DNA of 39,609 nucleotides from Anaerolineae bacterium (GCA_029262755.1 JAJCYU010000120.1:1-39609); one strand, 5' to 3'; shown: positions 8,836 through 19,800, numbered from the stretch's first letter. Numbers and translations: made by a program. Notes: a model not told the origin generated them from the sequence alone.

Positions 8836-9114
8836 ATGCGTACGACCATGAGTGTTACCGAGTTAGCGCGCAGCCTGGCGGACGCGATCAATCGCGTGTT
8901 GTACCGTGGCGAGCGATTCACGATCCTCCGTGGCGGCAAACCTGTCGCTGAGATCGTGCCCGTGCCGGTTGGGCGCCGTCTCGGCGATCTTCCGGACTTG
9001 CTTGCTTCGCTGCCCCGGTTGGGCAAAGAAGGCGCGGCCTCCTTCGCTGAGGACATCGATAGCGCTCGACACGAGCTTGCCGAAGTGGAGCAGCCTGATC
9101 CATGGGCCACCTGA
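8836..9114 (+). CDS. vapB: Type II antitoxin, Phd/YefM family
   Basis: MSVTELARSLADAINRV..GERFTILRGGKPVAEIVP. Overlaps the downstream PIN gene. Confidence 0.88.
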   Translation: MRTTMSVTELARSLADAINRVLYRGERFTILRGGKPVAEIVPVPVGRRLGDLPDLLASLPRLGKEGAASFAEDIDSARHELAEVEQPDPWAT

Positions 9115-9506
9115 TCGACACGAGCGTGTTCATTGACGCCGAGCGAAAAGGCCTGGACATCCGTGCACGCATCGGCGACAGGACGGAAGACCATTTTTTT
9201 GTCTCTGTCGTGACAGCCAGCGAGTTGCTTCACGGTGTCCATCGCGCTCAGGATAGGGCGACCCGGCAGCGGCGTTCCAGCTTTGTCGAATCGGTATTGG
9301 AGGGCGTACGGCTGCTAGAGGTCGATTTGGCAGTGGCGCGTCAGCACTCCCTGTTGTGGGCGGACCTCGCGTCTCGCGGAATGCTGATCAGTCCCAACGA
9401 CATCTGGTTGGCAGCAACCGCGCTCGCGCACGGTCATGTCTTCGCGACAGCGAATCTCCGACACTTCGAGCGCGTGCCGGGCCTACAAGTTGAGCACTGG
9501 GCCTAG
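9102..9506 (+). CDS. vapC: Type II toxin, VapC PIN-domain ribonuclease
   Basis: LIDTSVFI, SVVTASELLHG, NDIWLAATALAHG and TANLRHFERVPGL acidic PIN residues. Confidence 0.93.
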   Translation: MGHLIDTSVFIDAERKGLDIRARIGDRTEDHFFVSVVTASELLHGVHRAQDRATRQRRSSFVESVLEGVRLLEVDLAVARQHSLLWADLASRGMLISPNDIWLAATALAHGHVFATANLRHFERVPGLQVEHWA

Positions 9507-9609
9507 ATCTCGCCCGCTGCTGGGTCCAACAGCTCCCTCACCCCGTGCGTGGATTGCCCCCACGTGCTCGTTGAAGCGGGTCGTGTAGACTTTGGCGGTA
9601 GACAGTCGC

Positions 9610-9825
9610 TCAACCCTCGACCCGGACCGTCCAAACGTACGCCCGCCCGCGGCCCGCCACGGTCGCGCGGCGCAGGCTGATCTCGCGCTCCATGCGGGCG
9701 ATCCACTCCGGGCATGGCGAGCGGTGGGGTAGGGTGAGGGAGGATTTCAGCTCCGTCCACGTGAGGCCCTCTGGGTGCTCCAAGAGGGCGTCGCGGATTC
9801 GATCTCTGAACTCGACGTAGCGCAT
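9610..9825 (-). CDS. Small hypothetical protein (71 aa), possibly winged-helix-like
   Basis: MRYVEFRDRIRDALLEHPEGLTWTELKSSL... is encoded on the MINUS strand (CAT at 9823-9825, TCA at 9610-9612). The supplied track labels it '+', which does not match the sequence. Confidence 0.7.
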   Translation of the reverse strand: MRYVEFRDRIRDALLEHPEGLTWTELKSSLTLPHRSPCPEWIARMEREISLRRATVAGRGRAYVWTVRVEG

Positions 9826-9923
9826 GGGCTCAGTATAGGCTGTGGAAGGTCGTGGTATCTGGATGGCGTACTGGATGGATTCGATGACATAAGAGAGGCC
9901 GGTCGAAGAACGAGGAGTCGGAG

Positions 9924-12900
9924 ATGAGCCCGCTGTGTGATTGGGATCGAAGGCCGTTGCGATTCGTCGTCCTTGTCCTCGTCCCCGTTCTTGTCATACC
10001 GATGCTGCTCGGAGGCCTCGATGCGTCCGTGCAGGCGCAGCCGTCACTTTTCGAGAGCGAAGCAAGGCCGGTCGATGCGTCAGCGGAGTTTGCCGCGGCA
10101 GCCCAGGTCGTCATCGACCTGCAGCCCGAGAAGGACACGTACGTGTCCGAAGGGTTTCCGACAACCAACTACTGTCAAGACGCGACCTTGCGCACGGGCG
10201 GGCTGTTCTTCGAGAGCCAGACATACAAGGATCGCGCGCTACTTCGCTTCGACCTCACCGGTATTCCGGGCGGCGCGATAATCCAGTCGGCCACCTTGGA
10301 GCTCACGCTTGAAGCGAGTTCCGGTGGCGGCACGTCCACGATCGGCGTCTACCGGATCTTCGGAGCGTGGGACCCGTGCGCGACGACGTGGGATGCGCAG
10401 CCGAGCCACGACGGCTTGTTCGCACAGACGGGTGTGGGCACGGGCGTGCAGGCATACACCTGGGACGTTCGGCAGTTAGTGCAGTTGTGGACCGACGGAA
10501 CCGGCAACTTCGGCATGTTGCTGCGCACTGTGGACGAGACGGAGACCCTGCGTCGACGCTTCCAGAGCGTGGACGTCGGCCAGAGCGTGCCGCGACTACG
10601 TGTGACCTACGCGCTGCCCACGGCCACGGCGACCCGCACGACGCGGCCGACTGCCACGTTCACCGCCACGCCGACGCGGCCGCCGACCCCAACCTCGACA
10701 CCGAGGCCGCTGCCGTCCTTCACCGCGTCGCCGGTTGCAACGTCAACGGCAACGCCGACATCGACCGCGACCGCGACGCCGACGCCAACCGCAACGCCGA
10801 CGATCACGCCGCTGCCAACCCCGACCTCGACGCCGACGCGCACGCCCACTCCAACCGCCACATCGACGCCGTCCGCAACGCCGACGCCGGCGCACACCGC
10901 GACTCCGGTGTTCACGTGCGAGCGCGACGGCTTCGAGCCGAACGACGACGCCGCGTCCGCCGGCCTGATCCCCGCGGACAGTTGGCTCGACGCGTCGCTG
11001 TGCCCGGCCTGGGATCGCGATGTGTACCGCGTGGCGGCGAAGCCGGGCGAGCGGATCCGGGTGGAGCTTCACGGCTTGGACGCCGCGGCATCGGTCGCGC
11101 TCTTCGATCCGGCCGGCGACCTGGTCGCGAACTCGGACAACCCCGACCGTCTGCCGGAGGATCTGCGTGCCGTGGCCAAGATGGAAGGCGAGTACCGCGT
11201 GCACGTCGCGGCGCCGGCTACGTTCGGACAAGCCGTGAAGGGCCAGAGCGGAGGCGACGCGAACGAAACGCCGTACCGCTTGCGCGTCAGCTTGGGCGAT
11301 CCCTTGCTCGAGGCCGTGCCGGCGGTATCGCAAGCGAAAGGCGCCATTTACTTTTCGGGACGTGGGCTTGGGCCGCCGTCCGGCGCCTGCGAGGTGCGGG
11401 CCTATTGGGACGATGCGCGGCCGGAGAACGTGCTCGGTACGGCAGCGATCGATGCCGCGGGATCGTTCTCCATGCAGGTCGCGGTGCCGGATGGTGCGCA
11501 GATCGGCTCGCATCGCATCGTGGCCGAGCAGGTGTGCAGCGACCTGGAGGCGAGTGGCTTCGCGCGTTCCACGGCATCGCGATTCCTCGACGCACAGCCC
11601 GATCGCACCCAGCAAGGCATGCTGCCCCTGCCGGACACGGGGGTTGAGATCGACCCGGAGCTGCTGGAGTGGATGGGCCTGCTGCCGTGCGAACGCAGTG
11701 GTCCGCCTCGGTTCCCCGAGCTCGATCTGACGGTGGCCGACATCGAGGTGACGCAGGCTATCCAATGCCTCGATTCGGAGGAAGGTGACACGGATTGTCC
11801 CGACATCAGCTTGCCGCTGGTGCGGGATCGGCCCACGCTCGTGCGGGTCTACCTTGCGGTGGACGGGATCCCGGAAGGAGAGACCGTGCGCTGGGTCCGC
11901 ACCACGCTCTTCGTGCGGCGACCGGGGGAGGCGGAGCCGGGCGTGACCGTGCGCTCCGTGCACGCCTGGATCGACGTCGAGCGGGAGTGGGAGGGCTTCG
12001 TCACGGATCCGCTCGCGGGGGGCCGCACGACGCGCGAGACCATGTCGGCCACAGCCAACTTCCGGCTACCGGCCGAGTATCTCAGCGGGGACGTGATCCT
12101 CACCGCGCACGTCAACCCGCGCACCGCGCCGCTGTGCGGCACGCCGGAAGAGGACGCGAACCGTGACAACAACGCGGGCGATCCACTCTCGATCTCGTTC
12201 GAAGAACGCAGCGATCTGCGAATCGGCTACGTGCGCGTCGACTACCGTCCGCCGACCGACTGCGGCTTCACGGGCACGCCCGGCCTGCCGGGAGCCACGA
12301 TCCACGACGCCGCGGACTGGCTCTACAAGATCTTCCCGCTCGGTCGTCCTGCCGAGTACGTGCAGGGGCCCGACCTGAGCTTCAATCGGTGCCTGGTCAC
12401 GTGGGACTCCAATCCGGAGGAGCGCGACGACGTGCGCGACGCCGACCGGGCGCTCAACCAGGCGCTCAACCGGCGGTGGAGCCTGCACTTCCTGGCCTGG
12501 CTATTCTCCCTCGGTGGCACGTCGCTGCCACCGGACCAGATCGTCGGCTGGCTGCCCGCGGACGCCGCCGACGCGGTCCGCGGAGGGAAGGCATTGCTCG
12601 GATTTGCGGATCCACGTTGGTACCGGGGCGGCCAGGGTGTCTCCGCTTGGGTGACGGAACCCGGCGGAGGGCGTACGCTGGCGCACGAACTTGGGCACAA
12701 CTTCGGACTCCGGCATTCGAGCCCCGGCGACGAACGCTGGCCCTACGACACCGCGGACATTCAAGAGGACGGCGTAGACGTATTGGAGATGACGGTCATC
12801 GAAGCCGATCGGGCCAAGGACTTCATGTTCGGCCGACGCGAGGACGCCGATTGGATTTCACCTACATCGTGGCGGCGGCTCTTCGATGCCGACCTTCGGC

Positions 12901-13892
12901 CGTCTCGGTTCGCCTTGAGCGCTGCGGACGGGCATGTGTCGGGGTCAGCGGCGGCCGCCTCTACGTCGGCCCAGACTGCTTCCTTGGCCATCATTACCGG
13001 CGAGATCAGCCGTGATGGCGGTGGGGAGCTGGACCCGTTGATCGTCGGTCCGGCCAAGCCGCTGCCTACGGGCCTGAATCCGCCGCCGGGCGAGCAGGCG
13101 TGCGTCGCGTGGTTGGACGCGTTGGGCGCAGAGCGCGCGAGCTATTGCTTCAACCCGCACTTCGAGAGCGCGGAGACCGGTCCGACCGATCGTGTGCCGC
13201 TGCGCCTCGTGCTGCCGCACCCGCCTGACACAGCGGCCGTGCAGCTGCGCTGGCAGGGTCAGCTTGTCGACGAACTGCGGCCGGGTGGAACTTCGCCCGA
13301 CGTGACGCTGCTCTCTCCCAACGGAGGCGAGGTCGTCGCCGGAATGCAGCGCGTGACGTGGGAAGCGAGCGACCCCGACGGCGACCCGCTGCGCTACCAC
13401 GTGCTCGCCAGCATCGACGACGGCGCATCATGGCGCACCGTGGCCACGGACCTCGTGGAGACGAGCACGGTCTGGGATACGACTCGCGCCGGCGGCGGAG
13501 GTGCCGTGCGCCTGCGCGTTGTCGCCACCGATGGCATCCACACCGCGCACGACGACGTCGACGCCGCCTTTGTGATGCCGCGCATGGCGCCTTCGGCGCG
13601 GATCATCACGCCGCGTATGGGATCGGTCTTCGCTCGCAGCCAGGCGGTGCTGTTGCTGGGTAGCGCGCAGGATCCGGAAGAAGGCGCGCTCGGCGGCGCC
13701 AGCCTCCGGTGGACGTCGGATCGCGACGGACCGTTGGGTACCGGCCGACAGGTCGTGAGCCCTGACCTCAGCCGCGGGCCGCACGTCATTTCGTTGCAGG
13801 CAATCGACGCGGACGGCCTCAGCGACGAGGCGACGGTGGAGCTGTTGATCGGCGAGCGGATCTGGATGCCGTGGGCGGGAGGGGGATCGTGA
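9924..13892 (+). CDS. Large secreted multidomain zinc metallopeptidase: signal peptide, DNRLRE, Pro/Thr linker, PPC-like, Ig-like, metzincin domain, Ig-like domains, C-terminal IWMPW motif
   Basis: DTYVSEGFPTTNY...ALLRFDL (DNRLRE); DGFEPNDD...DRDVYRV (PPC-like); HELGHNFGLRH (12684-12716) with a downstream DFM Met-turn; LLSPNGGE and DPEEG..L.WTSDRDGPLGTG Ig-type modules. Confidence 0.85.
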   Translation: MSPLCDWDRRPLRFVVLVLVPVLVIPMLLGGLDASVQAQPSLFESEARPVDASAEFAAAAQVVIDLQPEKDTYVSEGFPTTNYCQDATLRTGGLFFESQTYKDRALLRFDLTGIPGGAIIQSATLELTLEASSGGGTSTIGVYRIFGAWDPCATTWDAQPSHDGLFAQTGVGTGVQAYTWDVRQLVQLWTDGTGNFGMLLRTVDETETLRRRFQSVDVGQSVPRLRVTYALPTATATRTTRPTATFTATPTRPPTPTSTPRPLPSFTASPVATSTATPTSTATATPTPTATPTITPLPTPTSTPTRTPTPTATSTPSATPTPAHTATPVFTCERDGFEPNDDAASAGLIPADSWLDASLCPAWDRDVYRVAAKPGERIRVELHGLDAAASVALFDPAGDLVANSDNPDRLPEDLRAVAKMEGEYRVHVAAPATFGQAVKGQSGGDANETPYRLRVSLGDPLLEAVPAVSQAKGAIYFSGRGLGPPSGACEVRAYWDDARPENVLGTAAIDAAGSFSMQVAVPDGAQIGSHRIVAEQVCSDLEASGFARSTASRFLDAQPDRTQQGMLPLPDTGVEIDPELLEWMGLLPCERSGPPRFPELDLTVADIEVTQAIQCLDSEEGDTDCPDISLPLVRDRPTLVRVYLAVDGIPEGETVRWVRTTLFVRRPGEAEPGVTVRSVHAWIDVEREWEGFVTDPLAGGRTTRETMSATANFRLPAEYLSGDVILTAHVNPRTAPLCGTPEEDANRDNNAGDPLSISFEERSDLRIGYVRVDYRPPTDCGFTGTPGLPGATIHDAADWLYKIFPLGRPAEYVQGPDLSFNRCLVTWDSNPEERDDVRDADRALNQALNRRWSLHFLAWLFSLGGTSLPPDQIVGWLPADAADAVRGGKALLGFADPRWYRGGQGVSAWVTEPGGGRTLAHELGHNFGLRHSSPGDERWPYDTADIQEDGVDVLEMTVIEADRAKDFMFGRREDADWISPTSWRRLFDADLRPSRFALSAADGHVSGSAAAASTSAQTASLAIITGEISRDGGGELDPLIVGPAKPLPTGLNPPPGEQACVAWLDALGAERASYCFNPHFESAETGPTDRVPLRLVLPHPPDTAAVQLRWQGQLVDELRPGGTSPDVTLLSPNGGEVVAGMQRVTWEASDPDGDPLRYHVLASIDDGASWRTVATDLVETSTVWDTTRAGGGGAVRLRVVATDGIHTAHDDVDAAFVMPRMAPSARIITPRMGSVFARSQAVLLLGSAQDPEEGALGGASLRWTSDRDGPLGTGRQVVSPDLSRGPHVISLQAIDADGLSDEATVELLIGERIWMPWAGGGS

Positions 13893-14011
13893 TGGGGATC
13901 GGCCCCGCTCCATTTTTCCGCCTTGGGACACCTGGCTACACTCGAGATCTCGCGAGGCCAACCGCGTCCGCGATCTCGACAAACGCGCTGGAATACGCAC
14001 AGGAGAAGAAC

Positions 14012-14527
14012 ATGAACGGTGTCGATACTCTACGCAGCGCCTTTCAATCGTCCTACACCTGGTTCGACGGCACGGTGGCCGACGTAACGGACGAGCAGGC
14101 GGGGCACACCCCGCCCGGCCGGGCTCATCCGATTGCGGCGCTCGTGGCCCACGTGCACCAGTCCGAGGACTGGGCCGTGCAGGAGCTCCTCCAGGGCAAG
14201 CAAACGCTCTGGGAGAGCGGTGGGTGGGAGGAGAAGCTGGGAATCCCGAACTTGATCACGCTCACCGAAGACTGCGCGGTGAACCCCGCGGGCTGCGTCG
14301 CGGCATTGGCGCCCTACGGCGAGGCTGTTCGCGCGGCGACGGCGGCCTACCTGGACGGCGCGTCGGAGGCCGACTTGGATCGCGAGATCGACATGTCCGC
14401 CTTCCATTTGCCCATGATGCGCGCCGGCGACGTGCTCACCCTGCTTCCGGTGAGCAACACGCTGGCGCACACGGGTGAGATTTCAGCCATCAAGGGCACG
14501 CTCGGGGCGCAAGGCTACGCCTTCTAG
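14012..14527 (+). CDS. DinB family protein
   Basis: PIAALVAHVHQSED and NTLAHTGEISAIKG. AGGAG RBS precedes ATG 14012. Confidence 0.85.
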   Translation: MNGVDTLRSAFQSSYTWFDGTVADVTDEQAGHTPPGRAHPIAALVAHVHQSEDWAVQELLQGKQTLWESGGWEEKLGIPNLITLTEDCAVNPAGCVAALAPYGEAVRAATAAYLDGASEADLDREIDMSAFHLPMMRAGDVLTLLPVSNTLAHTGEISAIKGTLGAQGYAF

Positions 14528-14831
14528 AAGCGCGTTCTGCAAGAAGCTACATTCAGCGGTACTCGGTAGCCGTAGGCGACGTTGCGTTGGGTGCACTCGC
14601 TCGGGCCGACACAGCGGACGACTTTTCGGGTATGGCACCTGCCTACCGCGGCCGCAGCGCCGGCCGTTCCAGCGCACGGTGGGCGAAACGCGTGCCCAGC
14701 GGAGTCGGCCGCGTCTTCGCATATGCACGGTTCCGACGGACGCACGAGCGCAATGCGGGGTTCATACTTCCCTAGCAATCCTCAGGTACATTCGGATCTA
14801 TGATTTCGGAGCCTTTCGAAGGAGATCCGCC

Positions 14832-16292
14832 ATGATCCGATCGCGCGTTCTGTCTTTCATGCTGATGTTCGCTGTGCTTGCTGCGTTCACGGGCGCCTGC
14901 GCGGCCGGGGACACGGACGCACCGGCAGCCGTCGATTCCGCCGTGACCGAAGCCTCGGCGGCCGAAGGTGCCTTGGCGCAACCGGCCGTCCCCGTCCAAC
15001 CCGATGCCGACGCTGCCATCCCAACGTCCTCGTCGGAGGCGGTCGTCGAAGAAGCAGTGCCGGCGGAGGACGACCCCGGGTCGGCACCGCCCGACGCAGC
15101 GGTGCCCGAGCCGGTCGACTCCGACTCCGATGCGGAAGCCCCCGCGCCCGCCGCGGAGATCGACACCGCTTCCGCGGACGCCGATCTGGAGCCCGCGGAG
15201 GCCACGCTCGATTCCGCCTCCGCCGAGGTCGAAGCGCCCCCTGTGCCCGAGGACGGCGGGCCGGCGGCGGCAAGCGTCGACCCGGCATCCGTGCCGGTTG
15301 AAGGCGATCCGTTGCAACCGGGTGCTCCGGACGAGGCGGTCAGCTTTGCATTGCCGCCCGGCTATGAGGTGGGCAATCCCGCCACGCATCCCCTGGCCAT
15401 CGAACGGCTGCGCGGCTTGAGCTATCCCGGCAGCGACCTGGTGGTGGTGCAGGAGCTGCCCGCGGGCAGCAACTACTCCCGTTCGGTCGCCACCTACCAG
15501 TCCGACGGGCTCACGATTCGCGGCCTGCTGACCATCCCGAATGGCGAGCGGCCGCCCACCGGCTGGCCCGTGGTCATCTTCAACCATGGCTACATTCCCC
15601 CCGCGCAGTACCGCACGACGGAACGCTACGTCGCCTACCAGGACGCCTTTGCGCGCGCAGGCTACATCACCTACAAGTCGGATTACCGCGGCCACGGGAG
15701 CTCGGAAGGCGAGTCGGGCAGCTCGCGCGGCACGCCCGACTACACCGTCGACGTCATGAACGCGCTGGCCTCCGTAGAGCGCCATCCAGACTCCGACCCG
15801 GAGCGAATCGGCATGTGGGGCCATTCCATGGGCGGTCTTGTCACCCTCAAGAGCATGGTGATCAGCGACCGGATCAAGGCCGGGGTCATCTGGGCGGGCG
15901 TGGTGGCCTCCTATCCGGATCTGTACAACCGGCTTGGGCGTAGCGACCAACCCTCCAGCGGATCGCAGGACCGGTCCGGCCGTCGTGGATGGCGCACCGA
16001 GCTTGTCGAGCTCTTCGGCCCGCCGGAGGAAAACGCCGCGGGTTGGGATGCCGTCTCACCCAACGCACACCTCGCCGCGATCTCGGGGCCGCTGCAGTTG
16101 CACCATGGCACCGCGGACAGCTCCGTGCCGGTGATCTATTCCACACGGCTTCAGGAGCAGATGGAGGCGGCGGGCCGGCCTTCCGAGACCTTCGTCTACG
16201 AGGGCGACGACCACAACCTGGCCGGAAACTTGTCGACTGCGCTGGCACGGTCCGTAGAGTTCTTCGACCGGCATGTGAAGGGTGGGGGATGA
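14832..16292 (+). CDS. Lipoprotein alpha/beta-hydrolase (S9/prolyl oligopeptidase-like) with acidic Ala/Pro/Asp/Glu N-terminal linker
   Basis: AAGGAG RBS; lipobox FTGAC; nucleophile GHSMGG, acid GTADSSV, His GDDHNL; SDYRGHGSSEG. Confidence 0.88.
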   Translation: MIRSRVLSFMLMFAVLAAFTGACAAGDTDAPAAVDSAVTEASAAEGALAQPAVPVQPDADAAIPTSSSEAVVEEAVPAEDDPGSAPPDAAVPEPVDSDSDAEAPAPAAEIDTASADADLEPAEATLDSASAEVEAPPVPEDGGPAAASVDPASVPVEGDPLQPGAPDEAVSFALPPGYEVGNPATHPLAIERLRGLSYPGSDLVVVQELPAGSNYSRSVATYQSDGLTIRGLLTIPNGERPPTGWPVVIFNHGYIPPAQYRTTERYVAYQDAFARAGYITYKSDYRGHGSSEGESGSSRGTPDYTVDVMNALASVERHPDSDPERIGMWGHSMGGLVTLKSMVISDRIKAGVIWAGVVASYPDLYNRLGRSDQPSSGSQDRSGRRGWRTELVELFGPPEENAAGWDAVSPNAHLAAISGPLQLHHGTADSSVPVIYSTRLQEQMEAAGRPSETFVYEGDDHNLAGNLSTALARSVEFFDRHVKGGG

Positions 16293-16375
16293 GGTAGGGG
16301 ATGAGCGGCCGTCCGGTGCTCCATCCCGGCCCGCCCGGCGCCGGGCGCGTACCCGAGAGACCGTAGGAGCGAACG

Positions 16376-16672
16376 ATGCCTTCGCAAGACTTGTCGAGCC
16401 TGGACCGACCCATCCAGCCCATGCCCGATTTCGTGCGGAAGGCGCTCGAAGCGCGTGGCTTGTGGGGCGCGTACGCGTTGCGGCCGCCCTACCAGCGCAA
16501 CGACTACCTGGGCTGGATCCATCGCGCCAAGCGCGAGGCGACGAAGGCCAAGCGCTTGGCGCAGATGCTCGAGGAGCTCGAGGCCGGCGACGTGTACATG
16601 AAGATGGATTGGCGCGGCGGTGCGGCGGACGATCGTAGCGCGGATGATGGTACGGCGGGCGGTGGTCGCTAG
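16376..16672 (+). CDS. YdeI/OmpD-associated (OmdA) family protein
   Basis: MPDFVRKAL...RPPYQRNDYLGWIHRAKREATKAKRLAQMLEEL. AGGAG RBS. Confidence 0.85.
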   Translation: MPSQDLSSLDRPIQPMPDFVRKALEARGLWGAYALRPPYQRNDYLGWIHRAKREATKAKRLAQMLEELEAGDVYMKMDWRGGAADDRSADDGTAGGGR

Positions 16673-16777
16673 GCTGGAACGGGATAGCAGCGGTCGGGGC
16701 AGTGGCGGTTCTGCCGAAGACGGTTGGCCTCAGTGCCTCCCTTGACCGGCAGGTAGCATTTCAGCCAACGACGGGAA

Positions 16778-16810
16778 CGAGGGCCGGCTCTCAAAAAGAA
16801 CCGGCCCTCG
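16778..16810. terminator. Inverted repeat between convergent genes, probable terminator
   Basis: CGAGGGCCGG (16778-16787) / CCGGCCCTCG (16801-16810), a perfect 10-bp stem. Confidence 0.6.
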
Positions 16811-16891
16811 AACCAACCAACGAACTAAGTACTCATCGTTCCTTCAGAGCGAATCGGGCTGCAATCGCCCCACGGATTCGCAGGTCAGCCT

Positions 16892-19800
16892 CTACGGACA
16901 GCCGGGGATGCTCGCCTGGATCTCGGCGTAGATACCGGCCAGGGCGCCCGTGTCCGGGGCGAAGAAGTAGCGGCCCGCGTCGCCCGCGACGTCGGCCAGC
17001 AGCGCCGCGTCGGCGCCCTCGCCCAGCCCGACCGCGTAGACCGTGATGCCGGCCGCGCGCGCCGCGGCGCCCGCGGTGTAGGCGGTGTCCGGCTCGATGG
17101 TCTGCTGCCCGTCGGAGAGCAGAACGATGACGTGGCCCGCGCCGGGGCGGCCCTGCTCGGCGAGGACGCGCGTCGCCGTGGTCAGGCCACGGTCAATGCG
17201 AGTGCCGTTGCGCGCCGCGATGCGCGCGACGGCGGCCTCAAGCGCGCCGCGATCGTCCGTCATGCGTTGCACGACCGTTGCCTCCGTCGCGAAGTCGACG
17301 ACGGCCACGCGGTCGTAGTTCGTACGCAGGTCCGTGTTGTCGATGAAGCCGCGCATGCTGGCCTTGGCCGCGGCCAGCTTCTCGCCGCTGCCCTCGGCCA
17401 TCGAGGAGGAGACGTCGACGACGAGCGTAATGTCGAAGCGACGCTTGACGGGGAAGCAGGCGGCGTTGCCGGTCCAGGGAAGGTAGATCGCGACCGGCTC
17501 CGGTGTGGGCGTCGGCGGCAAGGGGGTCTGGGTGGCCGGCACCGGGGTGGCGGTCGGCGTTTCGGCCGGCGGGATGACCTCAAGTTGTGGGATCGGGAAG
17601 GTGAGCGTTTGGGCCTGGCCCCAACCGTCGGTGAACGCGGCCACCAGGGAATCGGCGATCGGCATCGTGCCGCCGACCTGGGGCTCGATCGCGACACCGT
17701 AGGCGCCGCCGTTGAAGCCCATCTCCGGTTGGGTCCATGCGAGATTGGGCGCGCTCCATACACCATCGCCCGTGCCGACGATCGTTGCCTCGTCCGGTGT
17801 GATGTCGGCCGGGACCTGGTAGGTCAGCGTGATGTCCGTGGCCAGGTTGGCCGGCGGCTCGTAGAGCACCATGCGGCGGTGCGCCTCGGCGCTGCCGAAG
17901 AGGGCGTCCTCGTCGCTGGAGGCGAGGTCGAAGGCGCCGAAGCTGTTGATCACGATGATCGTGACGCCGTTCTGGCGCAGCAGGAGCGCGGTGTCCTCCG
18001 CGGGCGGGATGCCCTGGCATTGGCCGGGAAAGAACTCGTTCTCCGGGTTGCAGTAGTCGGCGTTGAGGATGACGAGCACCTTGCGGCGGGTGTCGTCGTC
18101 GAAGAGCGTGAAGGCTTCCTCCATGCCGTCCTTGAGGCGCTGTTTGACGTTCTCGTTGGGCGGGTTGAAGCGGGTGATGTTCTCGGTGGCCTCGAAGTAG
18201 GCGTCGCGGTCGTTGGTCAGCGGCAGGTCGACGGTCGTGCCCGTGTAGAAGGACACGATGCCCGCCCGGTGCTTGCTGAAGTTCACGCGGCTGACGAGCT
18301 GCTTCATCTCCGTGATCAAGGTGCGGGCCGGATCGACGCCCTGCTGCAGGCGGCCGAAGTACGGCACGGTAACCACGATATCGGCCGGCTCTTCGAAGAT
18401 GCCGCACTTGCCGAGCATCGAGATCGAGATGGCCGAGGTGGCGCCGAGGTCGAGCGTGGTCGGCGACGCGGTCGTCTCACCCACGAACTCGCAGGCGCCG
18501 TCGCCGGGGACCGGCAACACCAGGCGGTCGGAGGAGGGCGCGAAGACCGTGATCAGGCTGGACTGTGCGTCCGCGACATACACGCGGCCGCTGCCGTCGA
18601 CGGTGAGGTCGGAGAGCGTCGTGGGATCCGAGAAGTCGAGCGGGCGGCCGTCCAGACGGGCGGTGATCGTACCGTCGTCGGCGTAGCGTTCGATGGAGCC
18701 GGGCTCGCGCAAGACGTACACGGCGCCGTCGGGCGACGGCGGGCCGCCTGCAACGCGGCGTGCGTCGAAGGCGACGGGCACATCGACGATCGGCGTGCCG
18801 TCGGGGGCCATGATGCGCACCAGGTCCTCGAAGTCATCGAGGGCGAAGATGCGGCCGTCCGTGGCCACCTTGAGGTCCGTGTACGGGTTGGCGCTGCCGT
18901 CGTCCGGTAGCTCGATGGGCGGCTGGAGCTCGCGGCCCTCTTCGTTGTAGCGGACGATCTGCACGTTCTGCGTACGCTGCTGCTCCACAACGTCCACGCG
19001 GACGACGAGCAGCTCCTTCGTGACGTGGTTCCAGGCGAGCGCGGGCACCTCGATCTCCTCGAACGAAGAGACGAGGGGGTCGGTCCAGATCGGCTCGATC
19101 ACCGTCTCCGTGCCCTGCTGGGAGCGCCGCTCGACGTTCTGGAACCGGCCGATCCCGCCCTCCACGACGAAGTTGCCGCCGGAGCGCTGGCCGTTGAGGT
19201 AGTAGCCGTAGATCTCACCGAGCACGTCGCCGCCCGACGCTTGGATCACTTGGAAGAACTCGAAGTCACCGCCGAAGCTGCCCGACGAGCTGGCGCGCTC
19301 CGACGTGGCCACCTGTTGGCCCTCCAGATCGAAGTAGCGCAGCTGCGCCGAGTTGTCCGACACGAAGAGGTGGTTGGTGCTGGGCATCGTGATGCGGTTG
19401 GGCGCGAAGAGCAGCGGGTTGTCGGAGTTCTCGTTGGACGCCGCTTCCCAGATCGTTTCGACGGACTTCAACGATTCGTCGCCGTACTTCACGATGACCG
19501 GGGTGGTGTCCAGCTCCGTGCGCTTCTCGCCGCAGCGGCCCGTGTTGGGGTCGTTCTGGGCGAGCGCGTAGTAGTCCTGCGTCATGGCGTTGAGGCGGGG
19601 CAGGGTGACGGTGTCCTTGCAGATCGAGCGCGAGTTCGCGCTGGCCGCGATGGCGAAGTCGTAGTCGCGGCCGTCCAAGATGCAGGCCTGCGTCGCTTCG
19701 CCGATGAAGACCTTGTCGCCGCCCATGGCGTTCATGCGCGTCGCGCGGCAGCTGTTATCGCCTTGGGTGTACCTGGGGTTGAGCAGGTCGTAGGACCGGC

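Noticed and set aside
9610..9825. ORF track lists this 71-aa ORF on the + strand
   Set aside because: The translation only matches the reverse complement (CAT at 9823-9825, TCA at 9610-9612), so it is annotated on the minus strand.
15586..15610. GYIPPAQYR in the S9 hydrolase as another copy of the docking motif
   Set aside because: It lies inside the catalytic domain (oxyanion-region HG loop), is not next to a linker, and lacks the leading aliphatic residue.
17132..18910. Long antisense ORFs (this 592-aa one, also 3598-5451, 28506-29999, 10743-11963, 14772-15950 and 6658-7302)
   Set aside because: Shadow frames of real high-GC genes. They have no motifs and are explained by stop-codon scarcity.
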